From NCBI GenBank assembly GCA_965224485.1, contig CBDCZH010000004.1, positions 1 through 34,022 on the forward strand: a DNA stretch of 34,022 bases, in the 5' to 3' direction. Positions 1 to 8,500 of the stretch are shown here, in pieces. Numbering within the stretch: the stretch's first letter is position 1; each line of letters opens with the position of its first letter. The translations under genes and the position numbers were made by a program. Origin of the DNA: Arcobacteraceae bacterium. Lineage in GTDB: Bacteria; Campylobacterota; Campylobacteria; Campylobacterales; Arcobacteraceae. Under the pieces are notes generated by a model, which did not search any database, had not been told where the DNA came from, and saw only the letters and a program-made list of their open reading frames with translations.

Positions 1-547
1 GTAAGTCACCGTTTTCATCTACTTGGGCATAAATAGCAAGTTGGGTATAAGCAGGACCTCTTTTTACAAGAGCTCCTCCTGAGTTGTTTGCAATACCACC
101 AATAACAGTAGCACCTAATTGAGATGAGCCAATAACAGAGTGAGGAGTACGATTAATTTTGCTTAATTCTTCTTCTAATGAGTGTAAAGTAGTACCTGAT
201 AAACTAATGGCTTGTTTTCCATCATTTATTAAATGAATATTTTTAATAGCAAGTGTACTAATAATAACAAGATCTCTATCATAATCACTGCCACTAGGAG
301 CAGAACCCTCTGTAAGACCTGTTTTTGCGGCTTGCATAATAATGATGCAATTAGCTTTAACACAAGCTTCAATTAACTTCCATTGTTCAAACAGTGTAGA
401 AGGAAATACAACAGCTAAAGCTGTTCCAATACCTGAGCGAAAACCACTTCTATAATAAGAAGTTTTGCTCTCAGACGTAAGAACTTTTTTTGAGCCTACA
501 ATGCCTTCAAATTCTTGGATCAATTCGTTTTGTTGGGGTCTTGTCAT
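1..547 (-). CDS. dld: FAD-dependent membrane-associated D-lactate dehydrogenase (E. coli Dld type); N-terminal part only, runs off the window
   Basis: Manual translation from the ATG at 547 gives MTRPQQNELIQEFEGIVG...AVVFPSTL...IIMQAAKTGLTEGSAPSGSDYDRD...PHSVIGSSQLGATVIGGIANNSGGALVKRGPAYT, matching Dld motifs (MQAANTGLTEGS, PHSVIGSS, NNSGG). Not in the ORF track. Confidence 0.9.
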   Translation of the reverse strand, partial: MTRPQQNELIQEFEGIVGSKKVLTSESKTSYYRSGFRSGIGTALAVVFPSTLFEQWKLIEACVKANCIIIMQAAKTGLTEGSAPSGSDYDRDLVIISTLAIKNIHLINDGKQAISLSGTTLHSLEEELSKINRTPHSVIGSSQLGATVIGGIANNSGGALVKRGPAYTQLAIYAQVDENGDL

Positions 548-839
548 TGTTTATCCTTACTTATTTAGTTTTTAAAATAATTTAAAAAATATATCGTATT
601 TATTTAAGTGGATTATACTCATTTTTAACTAAGAGTAAGGATTATGTGGATTCTTTTACAAACTTTTGAATTAAGAATACTTCGATTTTTATATCTAAAG
701 ATTAAGGTCTAGTAATACTGAATATTTATACTAATGTTGATATAGTGCATCATAATAAATAATTAGCTAAAAGAGCAGTAAATTTATATAATTTGCACTT
801 TGTCTTTTTATTTTACAAAAGTAGGCAAGGAAAATATTT

Positions 840-2327
840 ATGCAACAATTAACAATAAAAAACTTATATTTTAAATATAAAAGTTCAAGCTTTCCTATTT
901 TTGAAAATCTAAATTTAGACTTTGAAAAAGGATGGACTTGCATTGTTGGTTCAAATGGTTCTGGTAAAAGTACACTTTTACAATTAATCTCAAAAGATAT
1001 TAAAAGTGAAAGTGGACATATAAAAGGAAATGACTTAACACATTACTGTACTCAAAGTACACAATATCCACCAAAAAATCTTGAAGATTTTATGTTAACA
1101 TTTAATAGTAAATCTTTTAAAATACGAGATATGTTAAACATACCAGACTCATGGCTTTATTGCTGGAATAAACTATCACATGGAGAGAGAAAAAGAGTTC
1201 AAATTGCACTTGCACTCTTTTATGAACCTGATATTTTACTTGTTGATGAACCTACAAATCATTTAGATACTAAAAGTAAAAAGATTGTTTTAAATTCACT
1301 TAAAAGCTTTAAAGGGATAGGAATACTAGTAAGTCATGATAGAGAGCTGTTAAATAGTTTATCTACGTCAACAGTTATATTAAAAAATGAAAATATCCAT
1401 ATCTTTAAAACTCCATTTTCTAATGCAATGGATTCATATAAAAACAATATTGAGTTTTTAGAAAAAACTCAAATAAAACAAACTATTGAATCAAAAAAAC
1501 TAAAAAAATCAATACAAGCACAACAAGAGAAAGTTAGTCAATCTAAAAAAAGATTTTCAAAAAAAAGTTTAGATAAAAATGATAGTGATGGTAAAACTAA
1601 AATTAATTTAGCTAGATTAACGGGTAAAGACAAAAATGATGGGCAAATGATTGTAAAGCTACAATCAAAGCAAAAACAATTGTTAGATAATACAGTAAAA
1701 ACCAATAAGACATATAAATTAGGAATAGAATTTAATTCAAGTAAATCAAAAAATATTTTTCCAATTGTTATAGAAAATAATATATTAAAGTTATCAGAAA
1801 CTAAAGAATTATCCTATGAAACACTTGTTATAAATGAATATGATAAAATTGGAATTATTGGAGAAAATGGTTCAGGAAAAAGTACTTTTTTAAATAATCT
1901 ATTACTAACAATAGATTTAAAAGATGAATATTTATATATTGCACAAGAAATTACACAAGAAGAAAGTAAAAAACTTTTTGATGAAATAAATAGTTTACCA
2001 AATGATATAAAAGGCGAAATATATACAATCATAAGAAGACTAGCATCAGATCCCATAAAACTACAAGATAGTTTTATTCCAAGTCCAGGAGAGATAAGAA
2101 AACTAATGATTGCAAAAGGACTTTTACAAAATCCAGCATTGATTATTCTTGATGAACCAACAAATCATATGGATTTGGATTCTATCCTATCACTTGAGTT
2201 AGCTTTTAAAGAATATGATGGAACTATGATTATAATAAGTCATGATAAGGCTTTTTTAGATTCACTTGTAAGTGATATTTGGGAATTTAAAAAAGAGAAT
2301 GAAGATTTATATAGAATTGAGAATTAA
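840..2327 (+). CDS. ABC-F family ATPase (two ABC domains, no TM segments); possible ribosome-protection or translation factor
   Basis: Two Walker A motifs (GSNGSGKST, GENGSGKST), signatures LSHGE and PSPGE, two DEPTNH Walker B motifs, SHD H-loops and a charged inter-domain linker. Confidence 0.9.
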   Translation: MQQLTIKNLYFKYKSSSFPIFENLNLDFEKGWTCIVGSNGSGKSTLLQLISKDIKSESGHIKGNDLTHYCTQSTQYPPKNLEDFMLTFNSKSFKIRDMLNIPDSWLYCWNKLSHGERKRVQIALALFYEPDILLVDEPTNHLDTKSKKIVLNSLKSFKGIGILVSHDRELLNSLSTSTVILKNENIHIFKTPFSNAMDSYKNNIEFLEKTQIKQTIESKKLKKSIQAQQEKVSQSKKRFSKKSLDKNDSDGKTKINLARLTGKDKNDGQMIVKLQSKQKQLLDNTVKTNKTYKLGIEFNSSKSKNIFPIVIENNILKLSETKELSYETLVINEYDKIGIIGENGSGKSTFLNNLLLTIDLKDEYLYIAQEITQEESKKLFDEINSLPNDIKGEIYTIIRRLASDPIKLQDSFIPSPGEIRKLMIAKGLLQNPALIILDEPTNHMDLDSILSLELAFKEYDGTMIIISHDKAFLDSLVSDIWEFKKENEDLYRIEN

Positions 2328-2359
2328 AATTGTGGCACTAGCCACCTTAGAATAAAGCC

Positions 2360-2396
2360 CTATTCTATAAAACTACTTTATTAGTTTATAGAATAG
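2360..2396 (+). terminator. Stem-loop after the ABC-F gene; possible terminator, overlaps the left edge of the large fold-back
   Basis: ctattctataaa (2360-2371) is the exact reverse complement of tttatagaatag (2385-2396). Confidence 0.35.
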
Positions 2397-3179
2397 AATT
2401 GTTTTAGCTAACTGGTGTTTGCTCTTGTAAACTTTCAGTTCCCGCTCTTTTCTTCTTTTCCCAAAAAGAAGAAACAAGAAATTGGCTACGCTTCATCGGC
2501 CTAAAGGCTTCCAAAATATTTTTTATTGATTTACTTAAAAATATAACTTCCTAAAACATGCCTGAGGGCATCTTTATTAACGGTCAAACAGAAATTTTTG
2601 GGTTACGTAAAGAAATAAAAAAACTTTAGCTCTTGCAGATGTAGATTTAAAGGAAAGATTATTTGTCTGCTAAAGCAGATATGGTTTGAATACATACTTA
2701 TAAATTCATTTTTATATTGGGCATTTTACTTAATCGCTCTAGCTCTGAGGAAGCTAGAGTTAGGGAAGAATAGAATTATCTTTTAGAACATTGGAATAAG
2801 TAAACACTCATATATCATGTCACTTTTTTATTAAATCTAAAGAATCAGTTCTTGAATAAATATATTTCAAAACTATATCTGCTTTAGCAGACAAAAGATT
2901 ATTCCGTTGATTGCTACATTTGCAGGAGCTAAAGTTTTTTTATTTCTTTACGTAACCCAAAAATTTCTGTCTGAGTGTTTAAAAAGGTGCCGTAAGGGCA
3001 CGTTTTAACGAGTTATATTTTTAAGTAAATCAATAAAAAAACTTTAGGTAGTCGAAGACCTCCGAAACGTAGTTGTTTTTGCTTACTTTTTGTCAATACA
3101 AAAGTAAGAAAGCGGGAACTGGAAGTTTACAAGAGCAAACACCAGTTATATAAAACTACTTTAATATATAAACTAATAA
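2378..3179. repeat. Large imperfect inverted repeat (~300-bp arms) with branch hairpins; MITE/REPIN-like fold-back or structured ncRNA
   Basis: Paired segments: 2378-2390/3167-3179 (13/13); 2409-2446/3111-3148 (38 bp, one G-T); 2519-2548/3011-3040 (30/30); 2584-2644/2914-2974 (61 bp, two G-T, one mismatch); 2662-2682/2875-2895 (21/21). No ORF in the track. Confidence 0.9.
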
Positions 3180-3212
3180 TTGTAAAACTTTTTTAGTAAA
3201 TTTCGGTGACAA

Positions 3213-3238
3213 TTGCCACCTTAAAAAAACTTGAAATT
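3213..3238 (+). repeat. Direct repeat copy 1 (ttgccaccttaaaaaaacttgaaatt)
   Basis: Identical 26-mer at 6991-7016; extends to 30/31 over 3208-3238 vs 6986-7016. Confidence 0.9.
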
Positions 3239-3346
3239 TAAAGAAATGGAGACAGGAATGAATTAAATAATTAGGAAAACATTAAAAAAGTATATTAATA
3301 AGTTATTATAAGTGTTATTGGTCTATAATGTCCTACAAATGAATAA

Positions 3347-3467
3347 TGGAGGCACAATACCAAATTATTTACTAAAGAAAAAAGTAATAAAGTTTCTTTG
3401 TAACTTCAAGTAACTAGTGAAATATATTTTGCTAAATTACTGCTAATAATTTGATATTGTGTCCCCA
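3347..3467. repeat. REP-doublet-like inverted repeat (23-bp arms, 75-bp spacer)
   Basis: tggaggcacaataccaaattatt (3347-3369) vs the reverse complement of 3445-3467, tggggacacaatatcaaattatt: 20/23. Confidence 0.7.
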
Positions 3468-3692
3468 GAATTTACGTTAATAATTGAATTATGAGGTAAA
3501 TAGACTAGAATGGGAATGAATAAATAGTTAGATTATATTGTCACTCAAATTAAGATGTTAGGATATGATATAGACTGAAATATATTATATTGTTTATATT
3601 TCTTTAATAGCTAGTGATTTTATTATATAATATCAAAAATACAATAGTTAAATTATTTAATTTAGCGGTAAATTAAGGAAATTAAAGAAATT

Positions 3693-4745
3693 ATGGATTT
3701 TTCTCAAAGTAAAATTAAACATTTAATAGTTCATGAAATAGGTAATAAACTTAGAAATGAAAAAATATTTTTATCAGAAATATTGCAAAAAGTTGATGAA
3801 AGATTAGAAGATATACTTTTGAATTATTTTCTTAAATCATTTAAAATAGAACAAGAATTATTTTCACTAAATCATAATTCAGATTTAAATTTAAATGAAA
3901 TATATTCTTATTCTAAGAATATATTTCAAAATAATAATGAAACTTCATTTATAGAAAATTCGCATAATATTGCTAAGCACTTATACGAATATTCTCTACA
4001 TCCAAAAATTGCAAAGGGTGAATTAATAATTGTAGAAATAGAAAATATTATATATGAGACTAATAATATTAACTTAATAGGAATTTTTAAATCAGAAAAA
4101 AAAGATTCATTTTTAAAAATTCTAAAAACTGATAGTACAATTAATATTAAGAATGATAGAGGTATAAATATATCAAAATTAGAGAAAGCTTGTTTAATAC
4201 TAAACAACAATGAGAATAAAGGATACACAGTTTTAAACATTGATAACAAAAATCAAGAAACTGAATATTGGACTTATAAATTTTTAAACATTAAACCATT
4301 AGATAACAATCGACATAAGACAAAAGAAATTATTAAAATATGTAAAAACTTTTCTGAAGAAATTTTAGCAGTAAAATATGATACTGATGAAAAATTCACT
4401 TTTAACAATGATTATATTAATTATTTTGAAGATAATGAATCATATGATATTAATAACTTTACAGAGTGTATATTTAAAAATGATAATATTAAAAAAGATT
4501 TCTTTGAATACCAAAAATCTAATAATGAATCATTTGATTTTAATATTAATGAAATGTTTTTATTATCACAAAATGATATTAAAAAAGAAAAAAAGAAAAT
4601 TAAAAATATTATTAAATTAGATACAAAAGTAGAATTAAAAGTCTTATTAGATAAAGAAAATGGAACAAAGAATATTGAAAAAGGGTTTGATGAAGAAAAA
4701 GGAATGTCTTTTTATAAGATATATTTTAATGAAGAAATAAAATAG
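3693..4745 (+). CDS. Nucleoid-associated protein family (NA-37/YejK-like), probably defence-associated
   Basis: 350 aa. Motifs IKHLIVHEIGNK, IAKHLYEYSLHPKIAKGEL, IGIFKSE, GINISKLEKACLI, YW..FL and C-terminal IEKGFDEEKGMSFYKIYFNEE resemble the 37-kDa nucleoid-associated family. Confidence 0.75.
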   Translation: MDFSQSKIKHLIVHEIGNKLRNEKIFLSEILQKVDERLEDILLNYFLKSFKIEQELFSLNHNSDLNLNEIYSYSKNIFQNNNETSFIENSHNIAKHLYEYSLHPKIAKGELIIVEIENIIYETNNINLIGIFKSEKKDSFLKILKTDSTINIKNDRGINISKLEKACLILNNNENKGYTVLNIDNKNQETEYWTYKFLNIKPLDNNRHKTKEIIKICKNFSEEILAVKYDTDEKFTFNNDYINYFEDNESYDINNFTECIFKNDNIKKDFFEYQKSNNESFDFNINEMFLLSQNDIKKEKKKIKNIIKLDTKVELKVLLDKENGTKNIEKGFDEEKGMSFYKIYFNEEIK

Positions 4746-4755
4746 GAAAATAATA

Positions 4756-6894
4756 ATGGATAATCTAAAAAGTGGTGGTGAAGACAAAAAGAATAGCGGA
4801 CAATTAGGTGAAGTTTATGTATCTAATTTTTTAAAATTAATTGGTTGGAAAAATCCTATATCTGGTAGAGATATAGCTTGTTTAGAAAGTGAAAAGCATC
4901 ATAAGCCTAACGAAACACATGGTGTTGACAATATATATACATATAACTCTTCTTTGGAAAAAGGTAGGCTAATTCACAATATAGTATCAGTTAAACATAC
5001 TACTAATACATATAAAAATAGTGACTTTAAGAAACATTTTTCCGACTTAGCCAACACAATTGATTGTTATGAAAATTCATTATTATTTAAAGAAAATAGA
5101 GAAGGTACAGATACATTTAAGCCTGATCAAATTGTAGGTATTTTATTTTGGATAAGTAGTGAAAGTGATAGAACTAAATCTATTCTTGCTGAATTAAACT
5201 ACCGCTTACCAATTGAATTAAACTATGATAGAATCCAAATTATGGATAATGATAGAATAGAGTTTATTACAAATAGTATAAATGTCGTGAAAAAAAGATT
5301 TGATAAATACAAATTAGAATTTTATTATATTGATACACCAAATAACACTGGAGATAGACTATATGCAGGGAAACAATTACCTGTCGAAATGTTTAATTGT
5401 GATATCCAAATTTTTAGATTACAAAAAAATGAAGAAATAATTCTAGCTATAGTAATTAAAGATGAGTTTCATCCAGATGAGTTAAAAAGAATTTTTGGAT
5501 TAGCTCATACAATTTCCAATAATTTAACTAACAATGTATCAATATTCTTTCCATTATTTGAACATCAAGTACAAAGAAATATTAATATAGTGAATGAGAT
5601 TAAAGGGCTATTTAAAGATAAAGATTTTATAGATACTACAAATATATATGGTTATGATATTGGATTTAAAGATGTTATAGAAACAATTGAAATATCGGAT
5701 GAAATTACCAATGAAGAAATAACTCAACTAAAAGATGATAATGGTAAAATACTACCATATGGAGATCATTTACGAAACTTTATTAATAATTCTTCAATTT
5801 CAGAAAGTGAATTAAATATATTTCTAAAAAGAAAAGGTATTTATATATGTAAACATACAAAAAAAGAATTTACTATTCCTATAGTATCTTCTATGCTTCT
5901 TAGTCCAAAAGAATTTGAGATATTAAAGAGTCATCATGAAATATCAGAGCATAAAGATAAAAGATTTTCTTCAAGTTTAGATACCGCTTCTAAAGTAACA
6001 GGAGATGACTTAATCAAAGTGTTAAAGAGTATTGATTTAAATCAAATTGCAAAGAGTAAATTTCCAAACTATCAATTTACAATTCCAAAAGCTGACTTTA
6101 AATTAGATTATAAGAATAAACAACTAATACTAACATATGAAATAGAAAGTTATTATCGTAATAGGTCATGGGATGAACAAATAAATAATTTTAAAGGTAC
6201 TGTTATTTTTGATTATAGCAGTACATCTTTAGAAATAATTTCAGAAAATATTTATAGTTCTAATGAAACACTAGAAATAAATAGAAGAATAATTAATTAT
6301 GCAAAAATTGAATTAAAAAAAGCTAATATTATTAAAAGTTTAAAAGAAAATAAAATTTTAATGAATGATCTTACTTATACACAAATTTTTCAATTTTTAT
6401 TATCTTTTACAAATAATAATTTATTTCGGGACATAGAATTTAATAATATAACAAGTATTGATATAGAATTTGATACAAAAAAAGATATACCGGATAATAG
6501 TAATATTAAATGGATGGAAAGTTATATAAAAAAATTAAAACTAGATGGTGCTAAAATAGAAGAGATTGAGATAATTAAGAAAGTTGAATATCATAAGTAT
6601 TTAAAATGTTGGGGAATAATTGCTGAATATAAATTTGATACTTATAAAGCGAAGGGTTCTGCAAGTATCAAATTAGAATTTCATAAATCAACTGGAGAGT
6701 TTATGATTATTATGGATAAGTATAACTTTGATAAAAAGTTATACACTCAAAAAATAATTGATAAACTAATTTTACAAGAAATAAACAATATTAAGCACAA
6801 TAAATATAAAGAAATTAAAAATGATTCAAAAAATAAGAAAATAGAAAATAAATTAAAAAATAAAAAGGAATTTGAACTCAATACTGTAAATTAA
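4756..6894 (+). CDS. Putative GAPS4-like defence protein: N-terminal PD-(D/E)xK-type nuclease (GapS4a-like) fused to a GapS4b-like C-terminal half
   Basis: N-terminal GE...FLKLIGW, C...H, THGVD, SVKH resemble GapS4a as I recall it. ILPYGDHLR..I..SEL..FLKRKGIY at aa ~332 resembles the GapS4b N-terminus. Lies 10 bp after the upstream gene, with an AGGA RBS. Confidence 0.6.
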   Translation: MDNLKSGGEDKKNSGQLGEVYVSNFLKLIGWKNPISGRDIACLESEKHHKPNETHGVDNIYTYNSSLEKGRLIHNIVSVKHTTNTYKNSDFKKHFSDLANTIDCYENSLLFKENREGTDTFKPDQIVGILFWISSESDRTKSILAELNYRLPIELNYDRIQIMDNDRIEFITNSINVVKKRFDKYKLEFYYIDTPNNTGDRLYAGKQLPVEMFNCDIQIFRLQKNEEIILAIVIKDEFHPDELKRIFGLAHTISNNLTNNVSIFFPLFEHQVQRNINIVNEIKGLFKDKDFIDTTNIYGYDIGFKDVIETIEISDEITNEEITQLKDDNGKILPYGDHLRNFINNSSISESELNIFLKRKGIYICKHTKKEFTIPIVSSMLLSPKEFEILKSHHEISEHKDKRFSSSLDTASKVTGDDLIKVLKSIDLNQIAKSKFPNYQFTIPKADFKLDYKNKQLILTYEIESYYRNRSWDEQINNFKGTVIFDYSSTSLEIISENIYSSNETLEINRRIINYAKIELKKANIIKSLKENKILMNDLTYTQIFQFLLSFTNNNLFRDIEFNNITSIDIEFDTKKDIPDNSNIKWMESYIKKLKLDGAKIEEIEIIKKVEYHKYLKCWGIIAEYKFDTYKAKGSASIKLEFHKSTGEFMIIMDKYNFDKKLYTQKIIDKLILQEINNIKHNKYKEIKNDSKNKKIENKLKNKKEFELNTVN

Positions 6895-6990
6895 TATTAT
6901 GATAAATCCTTGTTCCTAAATATTTTTATTTTGAGAAAATAAGATTAAGAGCAAAAGTAAAAAATTGAGAAATTGGAAAAATTGGGACAG

Positions 6991-7016
6991 TTGCCACCTT
7001 AAAAAAACTTGAAATT
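6991..7016 (+). repeat. Direct repeat copy 2
   Basis: Identical to 3213-3238. Confidence 0.9.
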
Positions 7017-7060
7017 CAAGAATTCATAGTAATCCTTTTATTTAAATCAAGAGTAGATTT

Positions 7061-7711
7061 CTACTCTTGAACCCCACATGCTTTTGAATAAAATTTTTTA
7101 TCATACTGCTTATTATTTCTGTATAAACTATGAGCAATAATTATCATCTTTCTCATAACTGCTATTTGTGCAACTGTTGTGTGTTTTCCATTTTCTTTGA
7201 GTCTTTCAAAAAATCTTTTAAAGTTTTCATCAAATCTAATAGCCGTCATTACTCCCATAAAGAGCGTACCTCTATATAATTTTGAGCCAGCTTTTGATAT
7301 TTTGGGTTTCTTATGTACAGAAGTTCCTGATTCTTTTACAATTGGATCTAATCCAGATAGAGCTACTATTTGTCTTTGATTGGCTTTTGGATATTTAATG
7401 AATAAGTGTAACAAGACTATTGCACCAACTTTACCAATACCAGATAATGTTTTTATATTATTGTAATTTAATAATAAATCTTCATTTTTTTCTATTATAT
7501 TCATAACCTGATTTAGAATATCTTCTTGCGTATTCTTTAAATTTTTCATTGATTTGTTTAGTTCTTTTATTACAAAAGAACTTCCATCTTTTGCACTTAA
7601 TGCTTCTAAATGATTGGATGTTTTCGTTTTTTGTTTTGAAGTGAATTTATAATAACCCATAAGCTCTTTTATACTTTCTGCTTCTTCATTGATATAAGGT
7701 ACTTTAATCTC
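7061..7711 (-). pseudogene. IS110-family transposase, 5'-truncated (C-terminal Transposase_20 domain only)
   Basis: Motifs TLSGIG, GLDP...SGTSV...ISKAG...YRGTLFM, GK...AQIAVMRKM. The frame stays open upstream of the ATG at 7660 only to ~7711 (EIKVPYINEEAESIKEL), then meets a stop. The DEDD RuvC domain is absent. Confidence 0.85.
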
Positions 7712-7797
7712 TTAGATTAAAAGTGCCTATCCCCATTTCTTTCTAATATTATTAAAATAATTGTGATATAATTTAATAAAACAAAGGACTTAAGAAT

Positions 7798-8082
7798 ATG
7801 AATAAAGAAGATATAATTAAAGTACTTAAAAGTAAAAAATCTTTGTATCACTTGAAAAATTTCATATTGTTTGGTTCTGTTGCTACTGGAACAAATAAAG
7901 TTGATAGTGACATTGATATAGCTTACATTGAAGATGGAAAAAGAAGATTGAATTTTGCTAATTATTTAAAACTTGAAAATGAACTTGAGAATATATTTAA
8001 GACTAAAATTGATTTAATTAATTATAAAAAATTCAACCCACTTGTTAAACTTCATTCAGAGAAAGAATTTATTTATGTTTGA
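7798..8082 (+). CDS. Minimal nucleotidyltransferase antitoxin (MntA-like, type VII TA)
   Basis: FGSVATG...DSDID (GSx10DxD); 94 aa; overlaps the downstream HEPN gene. Confidence 0.9.
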   Translation: MNKEDIIKVLKSKKSLYHLKNFILFGSVATGTNKVDSDIDIAYIEDGKRRLNFANYLKLENELENIFKTKIDLINYKKFNPLVKLHSEKEFIYV

Positions 8083-8500
8083 TAGTAAAAACATATTATA
8101 TATTTTAACAATGCTTGAGGCAATAGAAAAGATTTTTATCTATTCAGCTGATTTTGCAGATGAAGAAGAATTTTATAGTGAAAATAAGCAATTAAATTTT
8201 AATGCAACAGTAAATTTATTAATAGCAATAGGTGAAGAAAATAAAAAGATTCGCTCTGACTTGAAACTATCTAATAAAATTAATTGGAAAAATATATCTG
8301 CAATGAGAGATAAAATTTCACATAATTATAGAGGTATAGATGAATCAATGGTATGGGAAATTATAAAAGATTATTTACCTATATTAAAAGACTTATTGAT
8401 AGAAATGTTACCAAAGATAGAAAATAATAAACTTTATATAAACGAAGCTTTAAATACAAAATACTATGCAGAATTAACTTATTTAAAAAAACTATTTTAA
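8075..8500 (+). CDS. HEPN/DUF86 RNase toxin (HepT-like)
   Basis: W..I..MRDKISHNY (Rx4HxY). The ATG at 8075, overlapping the MNT stop, is more plausible than the TTG at 8042. Confidence 0.9.
   Translation: MFDSKNILYILTMLEAIEKIFIYSADFADEEEFYSENKQLNFNATVNLLIAIGEENKKIRSDLKLSNKINWKNISAMRDKISHNYRGIDESMVWEIIKDYLPILKDLLIEMLPKIENNKLYINEALNTKYYAELTYLKKLF

Noticed and set aside
1814..2056. Antisense/alternate-frame ORFs in the track (also 3926-4249, 4378-4620, 7179-7379, 9210-9395, 14656-14958, 16833-17027, 18134-18544, 24427-24618, 29151-29369, 30376-30588)
   Set aside because: They overlap well-supported genes, have no recognisable motifs, and show the composition expected of shadow ORFs in AT-rich DNA.
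2330..3690. CRISPR array, tRNA/rRNA or retron msr-msd interpretation of the long non-coding region
   Set aside because: No regularly spaced direct repeats, no cloverleaf or rRNA motifs, and no cas or reverse transcriptase gene in the window.
7061..7660. Intact active IS110 / bridge-RNA system
   Set aside because: The N-terminal DEDD domain and upstream non-coding end are missing, and an in-frame stop lies at ~7712-7714.
8042..8074. TTG-start N-terminal extension of the HEPN toxin
   Set aside because: The ATG at 8075 overlapping the MNT stop is the typical coupled arrangement.
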